Below, piece by piece: positions 22,871 through 34,920 of a stretch of DNA of 64,000 nucleotides; the first letter of the stretch is position 1, and every line of letters begins with the position of its first letter. Origin of the DNA: Eutreptiella sp. 'Long Island Sound 2002' (lineage: Eukaryota; Protista; Euglenida); the NCBI GenBank assembly GCA_964036045.1, contig OZ038378.1:190402001-190466000 (forward strand), written 5' to 3'. Below the pieces are notes generated by a model that saw only the letters and a program-made list of their open reading frames with translations, had not been told where the DNA came from and ran no database searches. Made by a program: the position numbers and the translations under genes.

Positions 22871-23945
22871 GTTAGTGCTTCGGTCACCTCAGCCAGACTC
22901 CGAGGCAGAGCCTTTGCCAACCCAAAAACGAGGAACTGGGGGAAGAATCGGAAGCGGCGTGCAAAGGACACGCTCTCCGGCAGCAGTGATTGATACACAG
23001 CTCTTTGCAGACGGGTCGAAGTGGCGGTAGCAGAGGTGGCTGCAATGGTCCCTTGATGCAGCCCCGATATCCCACCCGCTTTTTTCTATCGCACGAATGG
23101 TTTCCCTCCAACATAAACCCGCACACCGGCGCCCACAATGAGCAATTTGTAATTCGGCTGGATATATTAGGAGAGCACCCAAACCCGCGGCCGTCGGCTT
23201 GGTTGCCATGTAGTGCAGCTGGTGTCCAGTGCCCTGTCTTCTGTTTCACCGTGTGTGTTGATCGATTCCCATTAGAAGACCACAGGTACCTGTCGGTCAC
23301 AGAGAATGACAAACGGTCCGTGGCCTGAGTGAACAATCCCTGTGGAGGTGTGAAACCGCCCGGTCGAGGTATGCACGGCCACTGCCGCCATGCTGGACCG
23401 CTGTATCCCTTCGTTATGCCCGTGAGATACCACAGGGCAGTGCTGCGCCTTGAGGGTTCGAGTGACTGAACCCCCAAGGCTGTACAAGGGACACCCCGTG
23501 AGGGACCCCAAGCCGTAGGTAAGAGCACTGGGTGAGGGACTTCTGGATGCATCCAGAGACGCTGGGTGACGGATTCTACGAGCCATCGAGCACCCCCTCC
23601 GCTGCCTAGGAGCTCTTATATCGGCCACGACACACAACACAGCCACCCACACCAGAACACACGCGCCAGCAACATGCAGACAAAGGACTGGTGTACATAC
23701 AAGCAAGCCTGGTGAGGGGCTCAAGGCTGCATCCACGGACACCGGGTGAGGGGCTCCAGGTTGTCCAGGGACACTGGGTGAGGGGCACCAGGTTGCACCC
23801 AGGGACACTGGGTGAAGACCCCCAGGTTGCACCCAGGGACACTGGGTGAAGACCCCCAGGTTGCACCCAGGGACACTGGGTGAGGGGCACCAGGTTGCAC
23901 CCAGGGACACCGGGTGAGGGGCTCCAGGTTGCATCACGTTTTCAG
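22871..23945 (+). other. GT-AG intron of the MutL/PMS1 gene, 1075 nt, phase 0
   Basis: GTTAGT donor and CACGTTTTCAG acceptor. Joining gives MNGFQ|VEVEII in frame with the 23880-24311 ORF. Confidence 0.78.
23735..23937. repeat. ~34-bp tandem repeat, about 6 copies, at the 3' end of the intron
   Basis: Units GGGACACTGGGTGA(GGGGCA/AGACCC)CCAGGTTGCACCCA. Confidence 0.93.
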
Positions 23946-24311
23946 GTTGAAGTTGAGATCATTGACGGTGCTCCACGGCATTTGCTGCGTGGATTGTCCC
24001 AAACTCTGGGGATGACGGACTACGGCCCGCAGGACCTCTTGCATGTGTGCCGGGCTGTCCGGACGTATCTGACATCATTGTTTGGATCGGTGGAAGCCCA
24101 TGATGGTGTTGGTCGCATTCCGCTCATACGCTGCCGATCCCCCGCAGCAATGGCCTTTTTCAAAGACCAGGTCAAGAAATTAGTGGCCAATCACCGGAGC
24201 CACCGCATGACATCGATGGACGTGCAGATGCTGCTGCGTGCGCTGTCTGAGCTGCCCGACCCAGACGCGGCGTCCCTTCTACTGCCTTTGCATACAGTCC
24301 GCTTACAGTGA
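23946..24311 (+). CDS. PMS1: MutL/PMS1-like exon 2: degenerate C-terminal regulatory/dimerisation region
   Basis: VEVEII...LLRGLSQTLGMTDYGPQDLLHV...RCRSPAAMAFFK...MTSMDVQMLLRALSELPDP follows the MutL_C layout but lacks ACR and CPHGRP. In frame with exon 1; spliced product about 1161 aa. Confidence 0.75.
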   Translation, partial: VEVEIIDGAPRHLLRGLSQTLGMTDYGPQDLLHVCRAVRTYLTSLFGSVEAHDGVGRIPLIRCRSPAAMAFFKDQVKKLVANHRSHRMTSMDVQMLLRALSELPDPDAASLLLPLHTVRLQ

Positions 24312-25139
24312 CGCCCGGTTTTCTCGGAAACCATCGAATTTGATTCTTTCGGCATGACACCTTCCGTGCTCATGGACAAGCAATCTCGATGAGCCAAGAG
24401 AGGGAGAGCTTCTAACACCAGGAGCCTCTCGCTACAGCCTGCCGCAGGGAGAATGCTTCACCCTGATGTGAACGGGCCTCTTCCCCTCCCCCAAATTTTA
24501 CAACTGCCGCCCTTTGGTGTCCATTCCCCTACCGATGCTCATACGGCACCTGCTGTAGTCAATGAAAGACCGCCAATCAGGGTCGGAACCATCCGTTTCC
24601 CCAAGCAAACAATGTCCCTTTCAAGGGGCCGTAGCAGAGAAAGGCTAAGGGCCTCCACAACGCAGGAAACAAGCCAGAGCAATGAGCCATTTTGGTTGTT
24701 TTTGATGGACCAGTCCAGGACATCAACCATAGGTTGTGGAGACTCCATCGGCCCTGGGCAAGCCCAAAATCAAGCAACCTAAGCAACAAATGCATTCCTT
24801 GACCGCCCCAACCTTGAGGATACTTCAATATCTGGTGGTACCGAGGTGCCTGCTGAGGCAACTGTTGTGGAGCTCTTTCAATCCAGCTCAGCTCAACTGC
24901 GCCTACTGGCCCCAAGGGATGCCCTGGGGCCAAGTGCAAAGGAGGGGGGCGGGGGCAAGCTGAAAATGTGGAGGATTTGTTTGTTGCAAGCCTTTCAGAC
25001 GTCGAAGATGTTGGTCCGAAGGTTCGTAATGTGGCCCCTAATTTGGTCGAGTTGCACAAGTTGCCCCAAGCCGAACGACCCGAGGCTTGAAGCCATGAAA
25101 GAAGCATGCACACCCTTGCACCTGGAACCGGCCTTCGAT

Positions 25140-26140
25140 GAGAACCGTCAAGAATACATCATTGGTGATTTCCATCGGTCAACAAAGAAGATCGTCAACG
25201 TGAGCTCGATGCAAGTCTACCGAGGCCAAGCAGACCAAGACGTTAAAGCGCATGGATGGGGGTTGATGCAACACCACAACAGGATAAGCCACGATTGTGC
25301 CCATGGGAGCACGGTGTAGCTAAACCCCTCCCCCGTATAAGAGCATGCGTGTGTCCTTATTGTTTTGCGTGTTTTTATTTGGTGTGTGTTCTTATTTGGA
25401 AGACCCACCCCCCTCCTGTGCAGTGTTCCTAGCCCTCTCTGTTTTCAGAAATATCGCAGAGTTAATTATCCATGACGCCTCTCTTTGGTTGGAGGCTGCC
25501 AGAGATGAGGATGAAACAATCGTGGATGATTGCTATGAGGCAGCCACAGATGCCTCAGACTATGCTGGCGGTCTCAGTGAAGGTGACAATCACCACGTTG
25601 AACACAACCCCACAGAAATCTGTGATGATCAACCTGGGTCTGAAGTTGTTTATGTGGGGGAGGATGGAGCTGCCCGTTCTTATTTTGGAGTCACTAATAA
25701 GAGCATGCGTGCGTGTTCTTATTTTGACTGCGTGTTCTTGAACGGGGGGGGGGGGGCTGTTAATGGACGCGGCGTTTTTCGTCATCCGGAAGGCAGGGCA
25801 TTTTACGGTGAGCAGGTCAAGGATAAGAGGCATGGGTTGAGTTGCTCCATTAACAAGTTGCATCAAATGTTGATTGAGCAATATGAACACGGCCAACTAA
25901 AATCCAAGATGAAGTGGAAGATCGACCAGGAGCATCTTCGTTGTGCACATTGCAATTGTTTGTACATGGAAGCCACGAATAAGTTGGAGTGTCGATATCA
26001 TCCCGATGGTGTAGATTCGGAGGATCGGTTCACTTGTTGTGGTGCATTGCAAAAGCACAATCCACAAGGTTGCGCGGTAGATTACACCAAGACCCAACGC
26101 CAAAGTGAGCAATTACCCTTTCCTATCAGATTCCGACTCA
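25140..26140 (+). pseudogene. Gene fragments with MORN-like motifs and a CHORD/BTK-like zinc-binding motif
   Basis: VYRGQ...HGWG (~25212-25265); GVFRHPEGRAFYGEQVKDKRHG (~25771-25836); CAHCNCLY...N...CRYHP...FTCCG...GC (~25942-26075). Interrupted by two copies of a TAAGAGCATGCGTG-starting repeat (~25338, ~25718). Confidence 0.4.
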
Positions 26141-27989
26141 GAGGGAGCTCAGTCAGAGGAGGGATCAGGCGATGAGCTGGAGTCTGAGGAGAGAAAAGTC
26201 TGACCCGGAGTTACCCAGGAGCGCCAGCATGGCGCTTGATCGCATTCTGCCGGTGAAACATGGCTTATGGTGCAGCAGGTGAACATGTACGCCAACCGAT
26301 GATCGAACCCCTGCCCTTGCGGAGGTGAGCTCGTGGTGTGACAAATCATTTGCGACCCCCCCCCCCCCTCCTCCCCTCCGACACCTTCCGTCCTGTGCCC
26401 GGCACCATACCCCTACGGTGCCTTTGGCAGCAGCTCCAAGCACCAACGTGTGTGCGGTAGTGTCGTCCAATGTTGTCGAGGATGTGCCCCTTCGCAGAGC
26501 GGGAGGGACCCGTTGCACAGTGCCGAGAACACTGCCAGATGCCCTGCAGCCCCCCGCTCCCCCCTCCTCCGGACCGCTGGTACCAACGGGTGACCTGGAC
26601 AAACGTCGGGTCCAGCCACACACGCCGGAAGCGGCAACGACCAACCACTCCACTTGCCCGTGCCTGTCCACGCGGAGACAAGTTTCTCGTGCCCGTGTGC
26701 GCGTTCTGGTGCGCGTGCGTGTGCGTGTGGGGGTCGGGTCCATTTTCCTCTCGACTGCGAGCCCACTGTTTCCCTCTGGGTGTCGGTCAGGTCACGCTGA
26801 AGGATGACAACGGCCTTGAAGAATGTTTTGATGACGTGCCAATCCCTTTACCCTCATCGCTGTCCCACGCATGTCTCGGAGACCCCCAGAATCCATCATG
26901 TCTCGCGACCCCCGATAACTCGCCCCCCCCCCGCCAAGTTTGCTTTCCAAGTACCCTCGAATCGCGCCCATCATACACCCGGGGCTTCCTTGACCTGCAC
27001 CGCTCTCCGGCGTTGTGGTCACCTGCTTCCCATTGGCCTTGTATTGTCACGTAATGCCCAATTTTCCCCGTTTATTCGACCCTTCCCATCTCGTTGTCCC
27101 AGCTTCCACTGGCCATCCGCTGCTCTTCTTGACCGTCTGAAGTCCTCTGCCACTTGTCCTGTTCAGAAATGCAGTGCCACACCTGCATTAAACTGCTGGT
27201 CTGATTTCTCCAGCTCCATTTGCTTGTCAGCCCTAACCCATTTTCCTCGCAAACTCTGGGAGATGTCAATGGAGGACAGTGACATACACTAAAGGACAGT
27301 GAAGGACAATGAAGGACATGCACTCAAATACACTCAATTACACTCAAGGACACTGGAGGACACCCAAGTGCATTCACGGACACTCACGGGCACGTAAGGA
27401 CACTCAAGGGTCGAGTGAATATCCGAGGCAACTCAGTGTTGTGAACCTTGCTTCAACAGATTCAACTGCATTTGCGACGATGTGTATCACACATGCGCAC
27501 ACTGTTTGGAGAGCTTCCTGGGAGGGTTCGGGGTGTCTTACTGATTACTTTTTTTGTAACTCAAAACTGTACCCCACTCTATACCGCCATTCTATACCGT
27601 GACCATATACCGCGACTATGTGGCAGACATTCACAAACAGTCTCACTGGTGTGCCATCCATGTGTGATCAACTGATGTGCCATTTAGAGACCCACGAGTT
27701 TGAAGGAAACCAAGAGAGAACAGTATTGCGTATTCAATTAGCAGTCTGCTTTTGGATTCCTTGGCACTCTACGTGCGCGTGATGCATGCGTTTGCTGTTG
27801 TAAGACGGGTCACGTGTACGCAGGGCATGTCTAAGCATGGGGTTCTGGTGTGACCGTGACTTTGGTCGTGCCTGCGCAAGTGGGGTGGGCTATTGCGAGG
27901 AGGGGAGGTGCCTAACCCTAGGCCATGCGCCTCCGATCGCTTACTGAAAATTCAGCCAACAATTAGTTTCTTTGGGCTCAGTGAGAGGG

Positions 27990-30560
27990 AGACGTGAAGG
28001 CTGCATCATCGTATCATCATATGCCCCCCCAGGGGATGCAAAGACATTTCGGCATCCCTCGGATGGTGCCCATCTGCTTGATGGCATTTACTAGTGTTGT
28101 CACCGCCTGTCTGCTCAGTGAATTGACAAAGACAACGCCGTTGGCCATTGGATGGAATGCAACGCAGGGCAGACACTACACCAGACCTGAACTGGCAATC
28201 ATGCGCCGCAAGGACAACACATGTGCCGGAGACACCAACACATGCACAGCGCGTGCACGATACACACAAGACGTGTGTAATATCTCTGTACTTCCCCTTC
28301 TGAACTCTTGGCTTTTGAGCACGCGAGACAGAGCACACAAAGAAGAGTGTACACTGTACCGTGGATGTTTGGCTGCCCCCAGGTCACTGTTGTTGTTGCG
28401 TTGTTGCAACGTTGGGCAAGAGCTGGAGGTTTTTTGGAAAACTGCGCACTGTGCGGGCATTGCGTGCACACCCTGTGCCTGGTGCAATGACAAAGCTTCC
28501 ACGCATGAAAGCGAAAACCACCACCGTTGCCAGCTCTTTTGCGCTTGAAGGATGGGGAGCCCCTCCTCTTGGTGTGACAGTCACCCTTCTGTCCATTTCC
28601 AATGGCCCTCCCACCACTTTGTACCCGCCAGAAACTACCTCCCAACCGCTCATCCACCCGCCTGTAGCTGCTCTTGCCACAACTATTGAAACCCCTCCCC
28701 GCCCCTTACACGCATCCCTGGCAGTGCCCACTGCACTATCGTGTATCCATTGTCACCTAGTCTGGCCTCTGACCTGCCCACGGGCCCCGCTGTGTGAGTC
28801 ACAGCTGGGGGAGACTGACTTCTCGATCTCATGCCCGGGTGTCTATCCCGAGAGCCCACGAACTCGTCTGGTTTGTACATAGGCCAGAAATGAACGACAA
28901 GCACCACTGCGTGCTCTACCTGAGCAGACATGCGTACTGTCAGTCGAAGGATCCCCCTTGCGAGGGCATACCCTTTGGATTCGACAATCACCGCACATGG
29001 GCCTTGGGAGGGTGCCCTAATCGTGGAGGGACTGTGCTCAAACGCGCAGTCACTCGCTGTCTTCGTCTTCACACTCACGAAGCACTGCTGCCGCTTTGAC
29101 AGGACGACACCCCTCACAAGCACAGAATTTAAGCAGCACTATGCATACCAGACACAAAATTTCGATACCTCCAGCTGTCATCATTAATTCCCTGCAGTGC
29201 GTCATCCTCCTAAAAGGAAAGAGACCTACTTTTTGAGGAGGGGTTCTCTGCCGTGGTCGTTCGCAGACCTGTAGCGGGTTTCCGTGCCGGTTTTCTGATA
29301 CAACCTTTTGCCTGCGCCTGTCTTGACGGCCTCAGTACTTTAAAGGATACGCCCCCGCTGTACAGCACAGAACAATTGCAGCACATTTCTCTTGGGGGTG
29401 ATTTCCAATTCGTCGGAAATTGCGCCGCAATTGACGCTAAATGCGATGACCAGATGATGGAATTGTGCTTGCGTGCCTGTGTGCCCGCCGACATGACAAC
29501 CCTATGCACGATGACATGATATGTTTTTTATAACTTCTGATCTTCTTGGTTGTTGCACAACGTGACGTCGTTGGGTAGCACGATTGCCACCCAGTGGCAT
29601 TGAATTCTTTTCTTTGTTCTTTGCAATGGGGAGCTGCTGTGTGATGCAAAGCGGGCACACGGCTGTCACTAAGATTGATTCCAGCTTTGCTAGTCAAGAT
29701 CAGCTACTGGATGTTAAAAGCCTCCTCCAGGGTGGCCCAGAGGAAGCACTTTCAGCCCCCCCGCTCCCCCGGGCTTTTGGGGTGGGCGGCCATCATGGCA
29801 AATTGGAAGGTCTGCAATGTCTGCAGGCGCCACCCAGATTTCTCTGGAACTGCGGCCATGTTCCTTAAAGAATGGACCGAATTCTGTTCCAATGGGAGCA
29901 ATGCCCCCCATTGCTACCGTTTTTGAAGCAAGACCTCAAGACTTTTTGGCGGTCTCTTTTTCAGCAACCAACTGCCCCAGTCGCACTAAACCCAGCATCC
30001 CCCACACCGCGACCCACACCAGCACAGGCACAGGAACGAAAACTGCGGCTAGCCGACAAACTGGATCAGCAATTACTGGACGTGGAATCCAATGGCTATG
30101 TCCTAGTTTTTACAGACGGTTCGGCCAAGCGGGTGGACGGGGTAGGATCTGTAGCTGGTTATGGAGTCTACGTTTCAGGCACCACAACCCTATCCGCCTT
30201 CTTTTTAGTCGCACTACAACAGTCCAACAATATTGCAGAATTGCAGGCCAATGTTAGGGCCCTCCACATTTGCAATTTCCGAAGATAGCACCTTGCACTG
30301 ATTCTAACTATGTCTACCTCGGGGCCACAGGAGCAGCCCGGCGGTGGCGCGTGCGCGGCTAGCAAGGCTCGTCAGGCCCGGTACCCACACCACAACTATG
30401 GGAACAACTATTGTAGGAATTAGACCCTCACGGCGGGTGGTAAAATGGGTCAAGGTGCCCTCTCGCGTCCAAGTGAGTGGAAATGAAGAGGCTGAAAGCT
30501 CGCGGAGGAAGGACAACAGTCTAGCCCCTCTACCCACAACCCACCCCTGCACATTATGAA
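27990..30560 (+). mobile_element. Decayed non-LTR retroelement (LINE) with an RNase H domain; boundaries approximate
   Basis: RNase H1 motifs VFTDGS, GYGVY, QSNNIAEL, DSNYV, LWEQLL and WVKVPS..SGNEEA at ~30097-30500, broken by stops and frameshifts. The upstream 2 kb has fragmented ORFs with no intact RT motif seen. Confidence 0.55.
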
Positions 30561-33027
30561 ACTATTGACAGCCCACCGCGTGAAATCAAACGGTGGCACA
30601 CATCCCAACTAGGCCTTTGCTTAGTGGCCTGCCTACCCTAGGGGGGGACTCAAGGTCGGAGGGAGAACCCCCCCTTCTTTTCCACAGCCCAACTTCTCTT
30701 TTGGCTCCACAGAGTGCAGTGGATGCTCCTCGGGAGAGGACTCATGCTAGTGACCGCTCCTGCTACATTACCTCATAACAGAAGGTAGCACCACTGAAGG
30801 CAGTGGATGCAGCACAAGATCAAAAACACACTAGTTCCACCAACCTAAAACACACTCACACCAATCACGCAGAAGGTAGGGCACAACCTCACAACTCCGT
30901 TCGGAGCAAGAGACATGGCCTACTCCAAACGACAACAGCATAGACTCTCATTGCCAACAACCGGGGTTTGAATCTTCTTCGGGGTTTGAATCTTCTTGTC
31001 CACACTTGCAGGGGCCTGTAGGTGTGGCACCCACCACCGACCCCAGTAGCTGTGCGCTTCTCCACCGATGGTGTTGGGGATGGAGTGGTGTGTCTCTAGT
31101 TTTTTGTTTTCATTTCATCAACACAATAACCCACACTGTGCACAGCAAGCGAGCGATCAAAACAGGGGGCCCAGCGCCAGCCAGCTGCCTGAAGCTGTGC
31201 GGGGAGGCATGTGTCCTCATCGTATTGCCTTCAGTGGGGCTTGAACTGGCGCCAGTTGCTTTCGGCGCCGGCTGCACAACCGCTGTGTTAGCCACCACAC
31301 AGACACTATTTGCAGTCTCGGTTTTACAATGAACTCCCCCCCCCCCCCCCCTTGTCTCAGCTCAAGAAACATTTGACAGCTGTGGTGCACGGCGAACTCA
31401 AGGCAACATTTGGCACTGATCTGGTTTGCGCCGCAGTGCAGCAAATCAAAACAATGAACTGAGATTTGCGGCTATGACCATATACCTGTGTCATGGGGGT
31501 ATATGTGAGCTGAGTATCCGTTGGTCATGGCCCCTTGTCTAAGCTACGGCCTTGTCTAACCTACGGCAGGTGTAGGGACCGTATTAATTCCGTACCTAAT
31601 TTAATTCGGTACGAAAATGTGGTGCGACCGCATAAGACATGGTTTCGGTGACAAATCTGCCAATTACATGGAGTCATGGACACATTTGTTGCCACTGTTT
31701 GCCTACTTGAACCCACAGAGCTCTGACCTTGGGGATCTTTGTGCATTATCTTCCCCTTTCTTGGTGGTGGTGCGTGTGCCGGTAGTTGTATGTGTTGCGC
31801 GCCAGCTACGGCCTTGTCTAAGCTGCAGTAGGCGTAGGGACCGTATTAATTCAGTACTTTTGTGTAGCTCAGACAGGGGGGGGGGGGTTAAGTACCCTTT
31901 AGTTTTCTGTCGACACATTCAATGCTGCTGTTTCACACGATGACTACACACATTGTGTCGCCTGACTTTCAATACAGAGATCCGAGGTCGATCACTCTCC
32001 CCCCACCACGACGTCAGTTCAGTATGGCCAAAGTAGTGCCCTGAATCCCTCAAACTGAGCTGTCTCCACCCTGTGGTTGCAGGAGTTGTTCAAGAACCTG
32101 ACACAGTGCGCGCGCGGTGCGTGAACTCCCTCCTAGCACATGAGATTCGTGTCCACTTCGAACGTTTGGTCAATCTGTGCCTTGGGCATGCAGAGCCATG
32201 GAAAGGATTTGTTGGCCAAGAGTGGCATCCCAGCGGAATGCTAGTTGCCGCCAAGATAGCAGCCCAAAGAGTCAATACCCACCAGCTTTGGGGACCGCAG
32301 GTTCTCCCTTGGACTTGAGAATATGACCGCTTCCATCGTGCTGAAAAACTTTCACCCGTTTAGTTGGGTGGCTCCTTTTTGGTGGGGTTTCATTCCCCAA
32401 TTTGTCGTGTAAAAGGGAGTATCACACATTTCTTACATGCGCTCAACTAACAATTTGTATCTTATGTGTACCCACTCCTTTTGCCCCTATAGAGACCCCA
32501 TGGACATGCCCACACAATGCAACATTTCTCAAACCATAGTCTCAAGTGTAAAGACCTGTAAGGCCACGCTTTGGGGGTCAGCCAGGCTTTTTTTTTTTGG
32601 CCCGCGCTTGGACAAAGGGCGGGCTGTGAGGACCACATGGGTTATGGGGATACGGGGACCCAAACTCCACCCAACTAGCCAAAAGCGAACCATTACAACC
32701 AAACACGCCAGCAAATTCTTTTGGACTACAGCAAACTTCCAAACAGGGCACTGAAGGCCCCACAGAAATGTGTTGAAAATTGTAATGTGCTACACGCCGT
32801 GTAGCATGGCCCCTTGCAGTCCCATCCGAAGTTGCTCCCGAACTCACTCTACCTTTCACCCATCAATCTATGGTCGTCAATCATGATATCCATCATGACA
32901 ACCATAATAGAGGTGACACCAATGCATGAATGGAGGTGCATGCAGACTGACATTACATCTGTGCACACATTTGCAACCTTGGTCGATACGGTATGCATGT
33001 TGTTCTCATGGTCTTTGCAGAACGACG

Positions 33028-33481
33028 ATGTCAGAGCACGCAGAGCCTCCAAGCAAGAAACGTGCAGCTGGCCGCCAGCTCACGAAGGATGACGATGACG
33101 ATGACGATGCCTGTGAAGGTTCGCTCACTGGTGAAATGCCTCAGGCCAGTGCGGATGTTTTGGCTGGGCGCAGGATTGTGAAAGCCCGGCGCAAAGTTGC
33201 TGGAACTGATCCATCAAAACCAAATCCATTTGCAATGGCACCCTCAACAGCCGCGCCAACTACAGCTCCACCAGCAAAGCCATCCCCATCTGCGGCTCCA
33301 GCTAACCCATTTGCTGCCTTGCAGAAGCCATCTGCACCATCTGGCGCAACAACTCCAACCTCAGCAGACAAGGCAGCGGAGGTAAAAGAAACATCAAAAG
33401 CTGCAGATGGGAGTGCATCTACTGAGACGCCAAAACAAGTTGAACCAGCTGCTAAGGCAAATGCTCCGACAAAAGAGACAG
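33028..33481 (+). CDS. NUP50: Nup50/Nup2-like nucleoporin N-terminal region, first exon
   Basis: KKRAAGRQLTKDD...ASADVLAGRRIVKARRK matches the Nup50/Nup2 importin-alpha-binding N-terminal pattern, followed by NPF motifs in an Ala/Pro-rich linker. Acceptor TCTTTGCAG 7 nt before the ATG; donor CAG|GTGAAA at 33482. Downstream exons (Ran-binding domain) not identified. Confidence 0.6.
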
Positions 33482-34920
33482 GTGAAAAATGAATCCAGTG
33501 CATTTGGAAGGATCTGCACATGTAAGCTACCATTGTTAGAAGAAGTCACACTGATTGTTTTCTGTCAAGGATGTTGTTCCAAACTCGACGCAGATTCAAG
33601 ATTTAGTTAATGCTTTTTTTTGTGCGACATATGCACTTCTTATATGGATTTTGCAGACCAGTTTCTGCTTTAGGCATTGAGACATTTAGACCAGTCCATG
33701 ACCCGTGTGAAATGTTCTTTCATTCATTCATGGTCTGGCATCTTAACCCCCCTACTGGAAATGCGTTCTGGTGTTCAGGAAGCATTTTAAAGAGGATGGA
33801 AGATGAATGGGCTGAGAAAACAGAAGTGTGCAAAATGCGCAAGAAGCAGTGGCGCATACTACAGGGTAGGGGCCAAGCACTGTCAGGCAGCAAAACAGAG
33901 CCAACTGGACTCATGTTGACTGCAACCAAAAGTGGGACACGTTCAAATTGCAAATCGCCAACAACCCCTGTCATTGACAGAGGAAGATGCTATGTTATAT
34001 TCGGTGAGTTTACTCAATTCCTGAGACTGTCTCGCACTGTTGCAAAACTGTTGCAGCTTCTTCAAAAGCAAGTTTGTATCCACTGTTGTTGGAATTCAGC
34101 TCAGAATTGATCCTGCCTGTTGCTTTGCTATGACTCCAAAACTGAGGGTGGTTTCCCAGAATACATTGACATCCTATGAGTGATGGTGCCCTGCGTAGGC
34201 CATGAAAGGTATGGAGGTAGAGTCATCAGAATTGGTGAGGGTGAATTTCCTGAATGTGGAACAGCCAGGAGCTCTGATGACCATCATGAGATCAATCATT
34301 ATGATCCACCATCATGATCCACCATCATGATGGTCATCATGACGTGCACAAAAGATTCAGACCAAAAAGATTCGAACTTTCTTGTGTTGCAATTGAAAGT
34401 CACCCAGGTGGGCCACAAAAGACCATGAAGGAGCTTCCGACTGTGATGACATACCTGGATGGTGGGGTGGCATGTCTTGGCGGTGCCTTTCATAATGGGT
34501 TGCAGGGAAGCAAGAAGAATGGAGAATGGCAGGGGTTGTGTAGCCATGTCACTCCTCTCCGGTGTGGAGACCCCAATAGGGCACCAATGTTCGAGTGGCA
34601 TCCACCAGCCGGCACCTACAGGCTGTCTCCCAGGTCAGGGAAGAGAAAGTGACATTTGGCATTATTTTGCAGTATTTTCCCCCCTTTTGTTCATTTTTCT
34701 TGTGGGGCAATGCCCTGAGCTGTAGGCCATAAAGGGGCTTCTGATGGAGCATCCATACCTTGCACAGCCATGCCACCCCTCAAAAAAGAGATTTCGGTGC
34801 ACACCACAAGATTCATACCCCCCCCCCTCAAAAAAAGTAGTCACACAGTCACAACAGAGGGTGTAGTTAACATTGACCTTTGGGATGAAATTGTGTTAGG
34901 CGTCATGGAGGCGACATGTA

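Noticed and set aside
22871-22993. C-terminal 40 aa of the 1080-aa ORF as real protein
   Set aside because: It begins at a GTTAGT donor, and a phase-matched downstream exon supplies MutL-like sequence, so this is read-through into the intron.
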